Virus record (IMG/VR): IMGVR_UViG_3300009500_000015
Span: 2,998 to 66,997 of that record
From: a virus
Taxonomy: Duplodnaviria > Caudoviricetes
Length of the DNA stretch: 64,000 bases
Direction: 5' to 3' (one strand)
Shown here piece by piece: positions 7,373 through 16,913 of this stretch. A program made the position numbers and the translations under genes. Under the pieces are notes generated by a model that did not search any database, was not told where the DNA came from, and saw only the letters and a list, made by a program, of their open reading frames with translations. The number at the start of each line of letters is the position of its first letter. Within the stretch, counting starts at the first letter, position 1.

Positions 7373-9334
7373 TCAAATGGACCAAAAGTTGACACCATCG
7401 TTGTAATAGCTTAAGCTGTCGTATTGCACATCAACGACTGCCGTTGAGGCACCATTTATAGTGCCCGATGCGGGCGTTATGGTCACATATCCCGACGTGT
7501 TGGAATCCGCCTTGTTGACAGTGTAGATGATGCCTTTATTGCCAGAGCCGGGCGTCACGGTCGTGATAACGATATTGCTCGCGCCGGTCGTCACTTGGAT
7601 TATTTGGTCAAGCGTCGTGGTCGTGTAGTTAGCGGACTTTGTAAGGATCGATTGATGTAGCGGTTGACCACCGAGGTTAGACAAGCCACCCGCCGCCGTC
7701 GAGGAGTTGGTTCCGCCATTTGCAATCGGTAGAATTGATGTGCCTACCGCGGCCGAAGAGGCGAGATTGAGGGTCGTCCAGCTTGCGGTAGTGCCGGCCG
7801 AAACAAATACGTTTCCGGAAGAACCAGCCGCCGTAAGGACCAGAGCAGTACCGCTGGAATAAATGCCAGCACCCGCCACCGCGGTCAATGAGGCGTTTGT
7901 ACCACCATTAGCCAGGGAGACGGGCGTCGATAGAGAGAGCGTCTGGATGCCGCCAGAGAACGATTGGGACAAGCCAGTACCAGCGGCAGGAAGCGGGTCC
8001 GTCACGGTCCAAGTATTGGCGGCCGTTGATTGGATTATGATCGATTGGCCAACCGTATTGAGCGTTACGCTTGTGGCACCATCAATGGTATCGGAACCGG
8101 CGCGCGCAATCGTTACGGTGCCAGAACCAGACGCATACTTAAAGCAGTAGGCGAGCCCAATATTTGAACCGGCAGACGGCAGGGTGATCGTGTAGGTGCC
8201 GCCCGTGATGACAATCAGATAGCCGGAAGTGTTTGTTAGGGTTGCGGTCCCGCTAATCGAACTTGTCCCATTGATCCCATAGGTCCAAGAGGGCGCGGCC
8301 GCTCCATTAGACTGAATCAACTGGTTTGTAGTGCCGGCCGCCAAAAGGGCGATTGCCGAGGCACTAGAGTAAGGGATCGCCCCATTAGAGGCCGTTAGGT
8401 TTGCGTTAGTACCACCGTTGGCCAATGGCAGCAGGCCCGTTATGGCAGACGAACTGGCTAAATTTAGGGCCGAGAAGGTCGGGGCGCCAGTGCCAGACGT
8501 GCCGCTAACAAGCGGAACGCCGGCGGTAGAGCCCTGCGGAGTATTCAGGGCGATTGCCGAGGCGGTCGAATAGGCGACAGCGCCAGCCGCAGCGGTGTTT
8601 GATTGTCCCGTACCACCATTAGACAGGCTAAGTGGTAGCGAGATCATGCTACCCCCCTCGGTAAAGGTCGTTGAGGTAGTGTCTAGCGTGGCGCTAACGT
8701 TGCTGTAATACCAGTAAGAGCCCGCATAGCTTGTCCCTTGTCCAACAAAAACAAACGCCGGCACGTTGATCAAGGCGGTCGTATTGAAGTCCACATCACG
8801 AGTAAGAACCCAAGGGGTTGAGCCACTACCTACCGTGGTTAGTTTGTAAATCCCATTGTTGCTAGCGGTGCTTTGTCCATTAACAAGGATTCTTTGACCT
8901 ATTGTATTGAGCGTAACGCCATCTACGGCAGGAAACGCCACATTAGAGGTAGCGGTAATGGTTTTTGTGCCAGAGCTATAGGTACCCGATAGCGCCGTGG
9001 TGCTTACCACCACTACCGGATAGTTGAGATAGCCTTTGGCCGCACTGTCTGTTGTGTTTATAGGCGGAATGGAGAGGTTTTGAATTAGAAAGCCCCCGCC
9101 CGCCAGATTGCTCCCAAGCGTTGCGCTTGTAAGCGTCTTGTTATTGAGCGTTTGGGCCAGTGTGGTGAAAGCAAAAGTATCCGTGCCGCCCACATCTGGA
9201 ATATTGAGCGTGTTGGCCCCGACTGGTGTTGCTGGATTAAAGGTATAGGGATTGGTAGCCGGAAGAGATGTGCTCGAGTAGAGCAACATATTTGTTTTGA
9301 AGCGTGGACTTACAAAAGTCTTTAGGGCCGACAT
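7373..9334 (-). CDS. Tail fibre-like structural protein
   Basis: Ser/Thr/Gly-rich; four L...NGGT repeats; GQRILV..Q.....NGIY.....W.LTR..DF motif seen in phage fibre proteins. Confidence 0.65.
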   Translation of the reverse strand: MSALKTFVSPRFKTNMLLYSSTSLPATNPYTFNPATPVGANTLNIPDVGGTDTFAFTTLAQTLNNKTLTSATLGSNLAGGGFLIQNLSIPPINTTDSAAKGYLNYPVVVVSTTALSGTYSSGTKTITATSNVAFPAVDGVTLNTIGQRILVNGQSTASNNGIYKLTTVGSGSTPWVLTRDVDFNTTALINVPAFVFVGQGTSYAGSYWYYSNVSATLDTTSTTFTEGGSMISLPLSLSNGGTGQSNTAAAGAVAYSTASAIALNTPQGSTAGVPLVSGTSGTGAPTFSALNLASSSAITGLLPLANGGTNANLTASNGAIPYSSASAIALLAAGTTNQLIQSNGAAAPSWTYGINGTSSISGTATLTNTSGYLIVITGGTYTITLPSAGSNIGLAYCFKYASGSGTVTIARAGSDTIDGATSVTLNTVGQSIIIQSTAANTWTVTDPLPAAGTGLSQSFSGGIQTLSLSTPVSLANGGTNASLTAVAGAGIYSSGTALVLTAAGSSGNVFVSAGTTASWTTLNLASSAAVGTSILPIANGGTNSSTAAGGLSNLGGQPLHQSILTKSANYTTTTLDQIIQVTTGASNIVITTVTPGSGNKGIIYTVNKADSNTSGYVTITPASGTINGASTAVVDVQYDSLSYYNDGVNFWSI

Positions 9335-9337
9335 AGG

Positions 9338-9721
9338 TTACAACCCCCGCTGTCTTAGCTCGGTAACAATATCGTTGTTAATTTCAGGGTCCGACTCATA
9401 ATGTTTGGCCCGAATGAGCAACTTTGTTAGGCGCTCTTGTTGCATTGCGGCTTCTTTTTGCATGCCGTCGCATCGCAACGTAAGGTCCATTAGGGACCGT
9501 TGCAGGTGCCGCCGCTCGGTAACGATGGCGTCAAAATTCATTTGGATCGACTGGTAGAGGATCTCCATTCGAACAAGCTTGTCTTGTTCGACTAAAGCCG
9601 CTTCCTCAAGTTCTGATATTCTTTTGCTAGCGGCCGCCAGATTCTCATTTTGAGCGGCTAGCTGACCCTTGAGACTGTCTAGTTCTTCTTTGGTCGGTGG
9701 TATATATTCGTCGTCAGACAT
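9338..9721 (-). CDS. Coiled-coil hypothetical protein
   Basis: Heptad-rich ORF; ATG at 9721 chosen as start. Confidence 0.5.
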   Translation of the reverse strand: MSDDEYIPPTKEELDSLKGQLAAQNENLAAASKRISELEEAALVEQDKLVRMEILYQSIQMNFDAIVTERRHLQRSLMDLTLRCDGMQKEAAMQQERLTKLLIRAKHYESDPEINNDIVTELRQRGL

Positions 9722-9808
9722 TATGCGCCTCGAAACAAGGGGTTTTGTTTCGGGCAGCAGGCCCACGCTGACGGCGATCATCCGCTCTAGCTAAAGAATA
9801 GCATGCCC

Positions 9809-10321
9809 TTATGTGATGTCGTAATTACAGTTGGGCCGGACCCCATTGGCCACGAGCTCATAACAATCGTCCAGCGCATCAAGGTAGATTTCCGCCTGCC
9901 CGTCAATCGTCTGGCCGGCTTGCGGCTGTATGGTTATCCAGGTGGAGGGCGAGATCCCCACACACTTGATCTTGAAGGTCAGGCCCTTTTGGGTGTTGGC
10001 ATCAACAAGAACTAGCAGAATGTTGCCAAGCGTGCAATCAACCCTTAGATAGTTGTCAGTCGGGAAAAGGCTGTAGGTGCCGGGACTGTTAATGAGAACA
10101 TAATTCCAAGCGCTGCCTGGTGGGCCTTGTGGACCTGCCGGACCCGTGGCGCCTTGTGGACCTTGAAGCCCGACCGAAATGATTCTAGGGGGAGCGCTTT
10201 GGACAATTAGGCGTGGTGCTTGCGGCACCTTAATTACTTGTGGGGGTAGTTGGTTTACCGCAAGACTTCTCTGGCCTTGCATAACAACAATCCTTTGTTG
10301 CTGCAAGATCGTTGATGTCAT
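9809..10321 (-). CDS. Collagen-like (GXY) repeat protein, fibre-associated
   Basis: GLQGPQGATGPAGPQGPPG. Confidence 0.7.
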   Translation of the reverse strand: MTSTILQQQRIVVMQGQRSLAVNQLPPQVIKVPQAPRLIVQSAPPRIISVGLQGPQGATGPAGPQGPPGSAWNYVLINSPGTYSLFPTDNYLRVDCTLGNILLVLVDANTQKGLTFKIKCVGISPSTWITIQPQAGQTIDGQAEIYLDALDDCYELVANGVRPNCNYDIT

Positions 10322-10686
10322 GGCGCGGTTAGACCTGGAAACACATTAAAATTCCCGCGCAGCAGCGATTCGGGATCGTCCGCCATGTCGGGCTCTATCA
10401 AAATTAGATCGTAGACCCCTGTAGGAATAGAGGCCATTTCGCTCTGGGGAATATATAGGGTTATGTTTGCGGCAGTCGGATCAGACCCGTCGCCCAAAAC
10501 GATCCCCCCATTAGATGTGGTGAGCGTATAGTAAATAGTCGCACCCGCCCCATACATGTTGCCGATCGACATGCGGGCAGTGTAGCCGGTCAGGTTAATG
10601 AGATTTCCCGAGCTGTCCGCGTATTGCAGGGACTCTTGGAAGGCCGCATTACTATAAGCTGTCCAATCTAATGCTCCCGGTAGCAT
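10318..10686 (-). CDS. Small tail/fibre accessory protein (beta-sandwich type)
   Basis: NLTGYTARMSI...TLTTSNGGI...ITLYIP...YDL pattern common next to phage fibre genes; G-rich RBS. Confidence 0.55.
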   Translation of the reverse strand: MLPGALDWTAYSNAAFQESLQYADSSGNLINLTGYTARMSIGNMYGAGATIYYTLTTSNGGIVLGDGSDPTAANITLYIPQSEMASIPTGVYDLILIEPDMADDPESLLRGNFNVFPGLTAP

Positions 10687-10749
10687 GGCGCCCCCTTTAA
10701 AAATAAGGAAGGGCGTCACGCCAACACTTAAAAGCTATTATAGGCTGAT

Positions 10750-11067
10750 ATGCCAATTTTCTGGCTCTTAAGGACTAGACAATCGGGCAGCTCAGCTATT
10801 ATGCTTATCCGCGTGAGGTTCGTTATGCAAATCTGTCGAGTATGTAATACCGAATTTGGTGCAGACGGCTTTATGGATATGTGTGGCGTTTGTCTAGAAA
10901 GCAAAATCAATGAGAAAGTTACTAAGGGATCTGATCGGGATAATCTGTTGCATGGTGCTGGCGATGATTCTGACCTATCAGGAGGCCGCATACAACCAGA
11001 AAAAACAACCTTGCGAAATTGCGGGTGCCCAAAGTGCCTCTTTCTTGCAAGGCAATCTGGCGGCTAA
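10750..11067 (+). CDS. Hypothetical Cys-containing protein
   Basis: CRVC, CGVC and CGCPKC; start uncertain. Confidence 0.4.
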   Translation: MPIFWLLRTRQSGSSAIMLIRVRFVMQICRVCNTEFGADGFMDMCGVCLESKINEKVTKGSDRDNLLHGAGDDSDLSGGRIQPEKTTLRNCGCPKCLFLARQSGG

Positions 11068-11073
11068 TGCTCA

Positions 11074-11493
11074 ATGATCTCAATACCTCTAAGTAAAGCC
11101 TCTTGGCGTCATGCAGAATATGCCGATATTTTAGAAACGCGGATTATTTGGAACGCGAGGCCGTCGGGCAAAAGCGTGCCTGATCGCTTTTATGTTGAGC
11201 ACGGCGAGCGAATCCTAACCAAGGTCTATCAGCCAGAAGATAAAGAACCGGAGCCAGTTCCGGCACCCAAAACGGGCGATCTTGTCTGGCTAGAGGTGGG
11301 GGATATTCCCGATAGGCCGAAGTTGGCAAAAAGCTATTTGGCCAGAGCGCTGGACGAACCAAAAGTACCGCCCGCGCTCATCCAAAAGCTTATCGACTAT
11401 TGGAACGCAGATCCAAACAGTATTGTGCTATTGGAGCTGACCGACGAGGGGTACGAATGGCCAGATCTAAACAAACCGCCGAAAAAACCCTAG
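11074..11493 (+). CDS. Hypothetical protein
   Basis: ORF in a tightly packed + strand operon. Confidence 0.55.
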   Translation: MISIPLSKASWRHAEYADILETRIIWNARPSGKSVPDRFYVEHGERILTKVYQPEDKEPEPVPAPKTGDLVWLEVGDIPDRPKLAKSYLARALDEPKVPPALIQKLIDYWNADPNSIVLLELTDEGYEWPDLNKPPKKP

Positions 11494-11810
11494 ATGTTGG
11501 GGCGGTGCTTGCAAGTTGGCGAGGTAAGCGCAATGCGTTCTCTTGGTTTGGGCGTTTTTGTGCCAACATAAAGGCCGGGACGGTGCCGTTCTATTCGCCC
11601 GACCCGAACTATCCGCTCGTGCTGGAAATATGGTTTCGTTTTACCCAACCGACCTTTTGGGCGCAGCGCCAATCAAGGCTAGCGTTTGATAAGCATATCG
11701 GCCTGGTTCTTCAAGACCACAAGCTCTTCCACCATCAATTGTGGGATCACAAAGTATTGCCTACAGGCTTTAAGGCGCCAGATTGGGCAAAGGTAGAGCC
11801 AAAATGGTGA
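11457..11810 (+). CDS. Hypothetical protein
   Basis: ORF overlapping its neighbours; ATG at 11457 chosen. Confidence 0.5.
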   Translation: MARSKQTAEKTLDVGAVLASWRGKRNAFSWFGRFCANIKAGTVPFYSPDPNYPLVLEIWFRFTQPTFWAQRQSRLAFDKHIGLVLQDHKLFHHQLWDHKVLPTGFKAPDWAKVEPKW

Positions 11811-12022
11811 CCGAAATACGCGCACCCATGGGGGCCATAGTTGGTACGCTTCACTGCAACGAGGGGGAGGAGGTTGCTAAAGGCGATAGGATTATAGAGA
11901 CGGAAGTAATGAAGCTTTTGACCACAATCGTGGCGCCCTGCTCTGGCAAGATTCATTACAAGGTTTTGAACGGGCAGTATGTTGAGGAAGGCGAACTATT
12001 GGCGGTAATAACAGATGAATAA
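11804..12022 (+). CDS. Stand-alone biotinyl/lipoyl attachment domain protein
   Basis: APMGAIV...EGEEVAKGDRIIETEVMKLLTTIVAPCSGKI matches the BCCP pattern around EAMK. Confidence 0.75.
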   Translation: MVTEIRAPMGAIVGTLHCNEGEEVAKGDRIIETEVMKLLTTIVAPCSGKIHYKVLNGQYVEEGELLAVITDE

Positions 12023-12320
12023 GACAGAACCACCAAAACAAATGGGCCAATCGCTACTTTTCCACCTAATGCTCGGCGTGTTGGCCAAGCGTAGTGGCGG
12101 GGAAATAAGGATCGCGTCCTGTGAGGTTGACGACATTTCGCCCCTTGCGGTCAAGGTCCGGATGGAAAGGCGTAGCGAACGGGAGGCAGACTTGGTTATA
12201 GCCTATGAGGAATCGCCCGAAAGGCTAGAGGCCAAGGCTAAGCTTTTGCAAAAAGAACTAGACCTTGTTCGCCACCAGATGGAAAGGGCCAAGTTGACAG
12301 AACCACCGCCCGCGCCTTAA
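12015..12320 (+). CDS. Hypothetical protein
   Basis: Coupled ORF in the operon. Confidence 0.55.
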   Translation: MNKTEPPKQMGQSLLFHLMLGVLAKRSGGEIRIASCEVDDISPLAVKVRMERRSEREADLVIAYEESPERLEAKAKLLQKELDLVRHQMERAKLTEPPPAP

Positions 12321-12357
12321 TCTTCATTTAGGCACCGAGACGGGGCGCAGCAGGCAA

Positions 12358-12816
12358 GTGATTCATCTTCGATTTACTACCACCAAGGGATCGTTTGTCA
12401 GTTGGGCTATTAGATCGTTTGAATGGAGCGACTATAGCCATGTGGAGTTTATGCTACCTGGTGAGGGCTATCTAGGCGCTCATCTTGATGGGGGCGTACA
12501 GCTCCGGCCCTTTGACTACGACAAAAAATGCCAATTTTTGCTCGCTCATGTTGACTGCTCGCCCGAAATATCTGCAAAAGTTATTGAGTATGCACGCTCC
12601 CAAATAGGCAAGCCATACGATTGGACTAGCCTAGTGGGCTTCATGGTTCATCGAGATTGGAGATCGCCAGATTCGTGGTTTTGTTCCGATCTGGTAGCTT
12701 GGTGCTTTGAGTCGGCCGGCTATTCGCTTCTAAACGATGACAAATACTACAATCGAATCACGCCCGCGATGGTGCGCATGTCTCCATATGTGGTGGCAGA
12801 CGAACCGCCCTGCTAA
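12358..12816 (+). CDS. Permuted papain-like NlpC/P60 (YiiX-type) amidase
   Basis: His (YSHV) precedes IGKPYDW and WFCSDLVAW, i.e. permuted H...C order. Confidence 0.75.
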   Translation: MIHLRFTTTKGSFVSWAIRSFEWSDYSHVEFMLPGEGYLGAHLDGGVQLRPFDYDKKCQFLLAHVDCSPEISAKVIEYARSQIGKPYDWTSLVGFMVHRDWRSPDSWFCSDLVAWCFESAGYSLLNDDKYYNRITPAMVRMSPYVVADEPPC

Positions 12817-15338
12817 TGACCCGTAGTGGTATCAATTCGTCAGCCAGTCTAATTGCCCGCGACCCAGCTAGGTATGCGGAAGAGAAAGGCATCGACCCTT
12901 TCTTAGAGTTGTGCCGCGAATCTTTTAGCGCCTTTTGTGTTGCGGTTGATCGAAAGTACGAGGTAGCGGCCCATATAGATATCATGTGCCAAGCGGCCGA
13001 GCAGGTCGAAGGGGGCACCATTGATAGGCTTATAGTCAATTGCCCGCCCCGCCACTCAAAACCGATCTTGGAGACTGAATTAGTTCTAAAGGCTAATGGA
13101 CATCGGGTGCCGCTTAAGGACATTAGAGTAGGCGATCGCCTGATTACACATACGGGACAGTCTCAGGAAGTTAAGGAGGTGCACATTCAGGGCAACTTAC
13201 CCCTTTTGAATATAACGACCGTTGCGGGGCGGACGTGCAAAGCCGCATACGATCACCCGTTTCTAACGCCGAGGGGGTGGGTCAGGGCAGATCAATTAAC
13301 TAGGCAAGATTCGCTAGCAGTTCTCAACGCGCCAAAAGTAGAGGACCATTCCACGCACTGCAATGCTGAATATATCCTGGCGGGCTACTTTATCGGCGAT
13401 GGGAGTACGAACGGCAAGAATGCAGCAATAACGAATATCGATCCCGATATCATCGAGGATATTTATAAGAATGCCGAGTCTATCGGCTTCTATGTCTCAA
13501 AATATAAAAACAGTTATCGAGTCAATAAAGCTTCGAAATGGCTCACCGAACGAGGGCTCAGAGGAACATCTAGAACCAAGCGAGTTCCGAAGTGGGTTTT
13601 TGAAGGCAACCCTTATCAGATTGGCGCATTTATTGGGGCGTACTTTGCTTGTGACGGAACGGTATTTAAGAAGTCCCGCAACACTCCAGCGGACGGATAC
13701 GAACGCCTACATTTAGGGTGTGAGTTTGGATCAGTTAACCGGGAGCTATTGGCTGATGTTCAGCATCTCCTCAGCAGACTAGGCATAAATAGCCGACTTA
13801 AATATAAGGCAGGTAAATACAAGGGATTCAAGCTTGATACGTGGCGCTTGACCCTCACTTCGGCCCATGAAATAGCGAAGTTCGGCGCTCGGGTCCGAGT
13901 GGTAGGGGCGAAACGAAAGCGTCTTGATGATTATGCCCTACACCCGCGAGAGTTCGATCCGGTCTATTTTGCCGATCGGATTGAATCCATAGAGCTTGCA
14001 GGGACTGGCCCCTGCCGTTGTTTAAATGTGGAGATGGATCATAGTTTTGTTGCTAATGATCTAGTCGTTCATAACACAGAGACCTGGAGTATCAAGTTTC
14101 CCGCCTGGTTCTTGGGCAAAAATCCAGACAAAAAAATCATGGTGGCGACCTATGGGGCCGAGCTTTCCAATCGGATAGGGCGCCATATTCGTAACCTGAT
14201 CCAGTCGCCAGAGTATCAAAAAATATTCGACATGCGGCTAAGTAAAGACTCAAGCGCCATCAATAATTTTTCAACAACCCAAGGCGGAGAGTTCGTCGCG
14301 GCGGGCATCTTGGGAGGATTAACTGGCCGTGGGGCTGACGTATTGCTGATAGATGATCCACTTAAAGGCTTTGAAGATTCGATGTCGCCAATACAAAGAC
14401 AAAAGGTTATTGATACATATCAATTTGTTCTTTATCCGCGGCTAGAGCCAGACGCACGCATAGTGTTGGTGCAGACAAGATGGAACGAGGGGGATCTAAC
14501 AGGCTGGCTCACCAACCCAGAAGAGCAGGAGGAGATCGACGATTGGCACATACTTTCCTTGCCGGCCATCGCGGAGAAAGATGAGGGTTGGAGGCGGGAG
14601 GGGCAGGCCCTTTGGCCCGAGCGCTGGCCATTAGAAAAGCTACTCCGCAAGAAGCGGCAGCACGGTGATCAGGATTGGGCGGCCTTGTATCAACAACGGC
14701 CTGGCACCGTTGAGGGAAGATGGTTTAAGCGCGACTGGTTTAAGGAGTATTATTTCGATCCCCACATGGCTGCAGGAGCCAAGTTTAGAGATGCGTTCGT
14801 TAAGCCATTCAGAATAATCTTTAGCATAGATACTGCCCTAAAGAAGGATCAGGAGCACGACTATACGGCAATTGGCGTTTATCTTTCGACCGAAAATGCA
14901 GACTATAAGCTCTTTCAATTCCGCAAGAAGATCATTTCAGCCGAACTATTTCAGGTGGTCTACGATATGGCCCTCTATTGGCGCCCGCATGCCATCTTGG
15001 TTGAGGATACGGGCGCGGGAACTGGACTAATTCAGCAGATGTCGATTCAGCCAAAGGTCAAGCTACCGGTTATTGGAATTAAGGCGGTGAGCGCAAAAGA
15101 AGTAAGAGCAAAGGCGGCCGCCCCGTACATACAATCGGGACATTTCTTTGTCCCTGCCCAAGCGCCTTGGCTAAAAGACTTCATGAACGAAATGTGTTCC
15201 TTTCCTGTGGCGGCCCACGATGACCAAGTGGACGAGACAACCCAATATATCAACTGGATACTACAAGACGACGATGCGCGCCGCATGTGGGCAGAGATGG
15301 ACGAGCCTATTGAGGATCTTGATCTCTTTGAGGTCTAG
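12816..15338 (+). CDS. terL: Terminase large subunit, intein-containing
   Basis: PPRHSK|T Walker A, LLIDDP Walker B, VQTRWNEGDL, C-terminal nuclease with SIDTA and HDDQVD. Confidence 0.95.
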   Translation: MTRSGINSSASLIARDPARYAEEKGIDPFLELCRESFSAFCVAVDRKYEVAAHIDIMCQAAEQVEGGTIDRLIVNCPPRHSKPILETELVLKANGHRVPLKDIRVGDRLITHTGQSQEVKEVHIQGNLPLLNITTVAGRTCKAAYDHPFLTPRGWVRADQLTRQDSLAVLNAPKVEDHSTHCNAEYILAGYFIGDGSTNGKNAAITNIDPDIIEDIYKNAESIGFYVSKYKNSYRVNKASKWLTERGLRGTSRTKRVPKWVFEGNPYQIGAFIGAYFACDGTVFKKSRNTPADGYERLHLGCEFGSVNRELLADVQHLLSRLGINSRLKYKAGKYKGFKLDTWRLTLTSAHEIAKFGARVRVVGAKRKRLDDYALHPREFDPVYFADRIESIELAGTGPCRCLNVEMDHSFVANDLVVHNTETWSIKFPAWFLGKNPDKKIMVATYGAELSNRIGRHIRNLIQSPEYQKIFDMRLSKDSSAINNFSTTQGGEFVAAGILGGLTGRGADVLLIDDPLKGFEDSMSPIQRQKVIDTYQFVLYPRLEPDARIVLVQTRWNEGDLTGWLTNPEEQEEIDDWHILSLPAIAEKDEGWRREGQALWPERWPLEKLLRKKRQHGDQDWAALYQQRPGTVEGRWFKRDWFKEYYFDPHMAAGAKFRDAFVKPFRIIFSIDTALKKDQEHDYTAIGVYLSTENADYKLFQFRKKIISAELFQVVYDMALYWRPHAILVEDTGAGTGLIQQMSIQPKVKLPVIGIKAVSAKEVRAKAAAPYIQSGHFFVPAQAPWLKDFMNEMCSFPVAAHDDQVDETTQYINWILQDDDARRMWAEMDEPIEDLDLFEV
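13062..14075 (+). mobile_element. Intein (338 aa) with LAGLIDADG-type homing endonuclease, inserted in the TerL Walker A motif
   Basis: Starts PILETELV, block B DHPFLT, LAGYFIGDG and FIGAYFACDG endonuclease motifs, ends VVHN followed by T. Confidence 0.9.
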
Positions 15339-15589
15339 CAAACTTCCATGCTCCCTTCCCTTTCCTCCAGAAATGTACCGCAGTTCAAACAATAAGTACT
15401 CGCCAGGAATCTACCATCGCCGATATCCTTGACGGTAACTTTACGTCCAGAACCTGAATGCATGCAATCGTCTCTTTTTAAAGATTGAACAACCTCCTCA
15501 GAGGGCTGATAAGTAAGATAGAGATATTTGCCGCCATTAGCAAAATATTCTCGAACAGCCTGTAGTGCTGGATAGTCCTCAATGCTCAC
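15335..15589 (-). CDS. Hypothetical protein
   Basis: ORF with CMH..CLNC in a leftward small-gene operon. Confidence 0.5.
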   Translation of the reverse strand: MSIEDYPALQAVREYFANGGKYLYLTYQPSEEVVQSLKRDDCMHSGSGRKVTVKDIGDGRFLASTYCLNCGTFLEEREGSMEVC

Positions 15590-15591
15590 TT

Positions 15592-15849
15592 TTAGCTCAC
15601 CTCGTCAATAAAATCAGCGACGCTTTCACGGGCTTTGGCCAAATGCACCACCGCATCCGTGAGTCGAGTATCAGCCCCTAACGATTCTATGAGAAGGACA
15701 GCCTCGTAGAGATGTTTTTCCACCTGTGTCATTCGTTCTATGTCGCATCGTCTCGTTGGATCAAAATCCACAATTCTAATTTTCGCGTTTTTAAGAATTT
15801 CCTTTTCTTCCGGGGTGAATTTCATCCCTGCAATAGTTTGATCGTGCAC
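15592..15849 (-). CDS. Hypothetical protein
   Basis: ORF ending GADTRLTDAVVHLAKARESVADFID. Confidence 0.55.
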   Translation of the reverse strand: MHDQTIAGMKFTPEEKEILKNAKIRIVDFDPTRRCDIERMTQVEKHLYEAVLLIESLGADTRLTDAVVHLAKARESVADFIDEVS

Positions 15850-15873
15850 GTTGTTGAGCCAGTCTTGGAAGTT

Positions 15874-16266
15874 TTATCCATACATCTCATCCTCGTCGTC
15901 AAGTTCGTATTTGAAAGACTCTTTTAAGCGCTTAATAGCCATTCGATTGCCTCTTGTGGTGCCGCTGTAATACTTGTTTCGTTTCTGGTATTTCTTTTTC
16001 TCTGCCTTAATCGCATCCTCTGCGATCTTTTCCCAGTGGGCCTTGCCGCCCCCATTGGTACTAATGTGCCAGTAGGGGCAATAGAGGCACATATAGACAT
16101 AGCCGTCGGTCCTAAAGCGCTCCTCAAACCGGCAATATTTTGAGAGCATTTGTTTGGCCGCAGTGGCGCTGCCGAATGAGATTTTATGACAAGGGGCAAG
16201 GTTGCGTGAATTTCGAGCGCGTTCAAGGGCATATTTTTTCGCCCTCTCTTTGTCCTCGTTTCGCAT
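15874..16266 (-). CDS. Hypothetical protein with Zn-finger-like YMCLYCPYWH
   Basis: CHK.SF...A...Y.C..C..WH pattern common in phage small proteins. Confidence 0.55.
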   Translation of the reverse strand: MRNEDKERAKKYALERARNSRNLAPCHKISFGSATAAKQMLSKYCRFEERFRTDGYVYMCLYCPYWHISTNGGGKAHWEKIAEDAIKAEKKKYQKRNKYYSGTTRGNRMAIKRLKESFKYELDDEDEMYG

Positions 16267-16477
16267 CTCGCTCCTTTGCCCAGCGCTTGGCTATATTGGC
16301 TCTAGCGGCTTTGGTTTTGGCTTCACTTCTTTTGCTGCCACCTATACGGCCATACTCCTGAACGATCTGCTCATGAGTCATACTAAGGGTTCCGCCACAA
16401 TGTGAGCAATTAAATTCGATGTGATCTTTGTTTGTCATGTTCTCTCGCCAACCCGTTGGTATAAAGCAAGCCCCCAT
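16223..16477 (-). CDS. Small basic hypothetical protein
   Basis: CSHC plus GRIGG.KRSEAK..AAR.N..KRW. Confidence 0.5.
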   Translation of the reverse strand: MGACFIPTGWRENMTNKDHIEFNCSHCGGTLSMTHEQIVQEYGRIGGSKRSEAKTKAARANIAKRWAKERDAKRGQREGEKICP

Positions 16478-16482
16478 TTTAT

Positions 16483-16857
16483 CTAGGAAAATTGCTCTGT
16501 TAAAAATTCTGCCAATTGCTTGAGCTCGGGGCTCGGATCTTCTCCCAGAATCACGGACCTAATGATCTCAAAGACAAGAGCGCAAAGAGTTCTGCGTCCT
16601 TCGCCCAGTTCAGGATCATTGGCCAAGCGGCACGTCAAGATGCTCCAAGCTTTAAATGTCTCATTGGCACTAAAAGGTTTTTGGGTACGGCCATCGCGAG
16701 ACGCTATCGCATGGCTACTTGAGCCATCGGGATAATGCAGCACTGACATGAGAAGCAGGCTGTCGGTAAGTCCATATTCTTCTGTAGGCCTATCGGCTTT
16801 GGTAAATTCCCCACACTCTATCAAATAGCGCATACGATATTTATTAGTCTCTTTCAT
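16483..16857 (-). CDS. Hypothetical protein
   Basis: ORF in operon. Confidence 0.55.
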   Translation of the reverse strand: MKETNKYRMRYLIECGEFTKADRPTEEYGLTDSLLLMSVLHYPDGSSSHAIASRDGRTQKPFSANETFKAWSILTCRLANDPELGEGRRTLCALVFEIIRSVILGEDPSPELKQLAEFLTEQFS

Positions 16858-16913
16858 CAGTTCTCCCTAAGTTAAATTACTTCGATTGAATATAAATGTT
16901 GGTTTCGTAGCCC

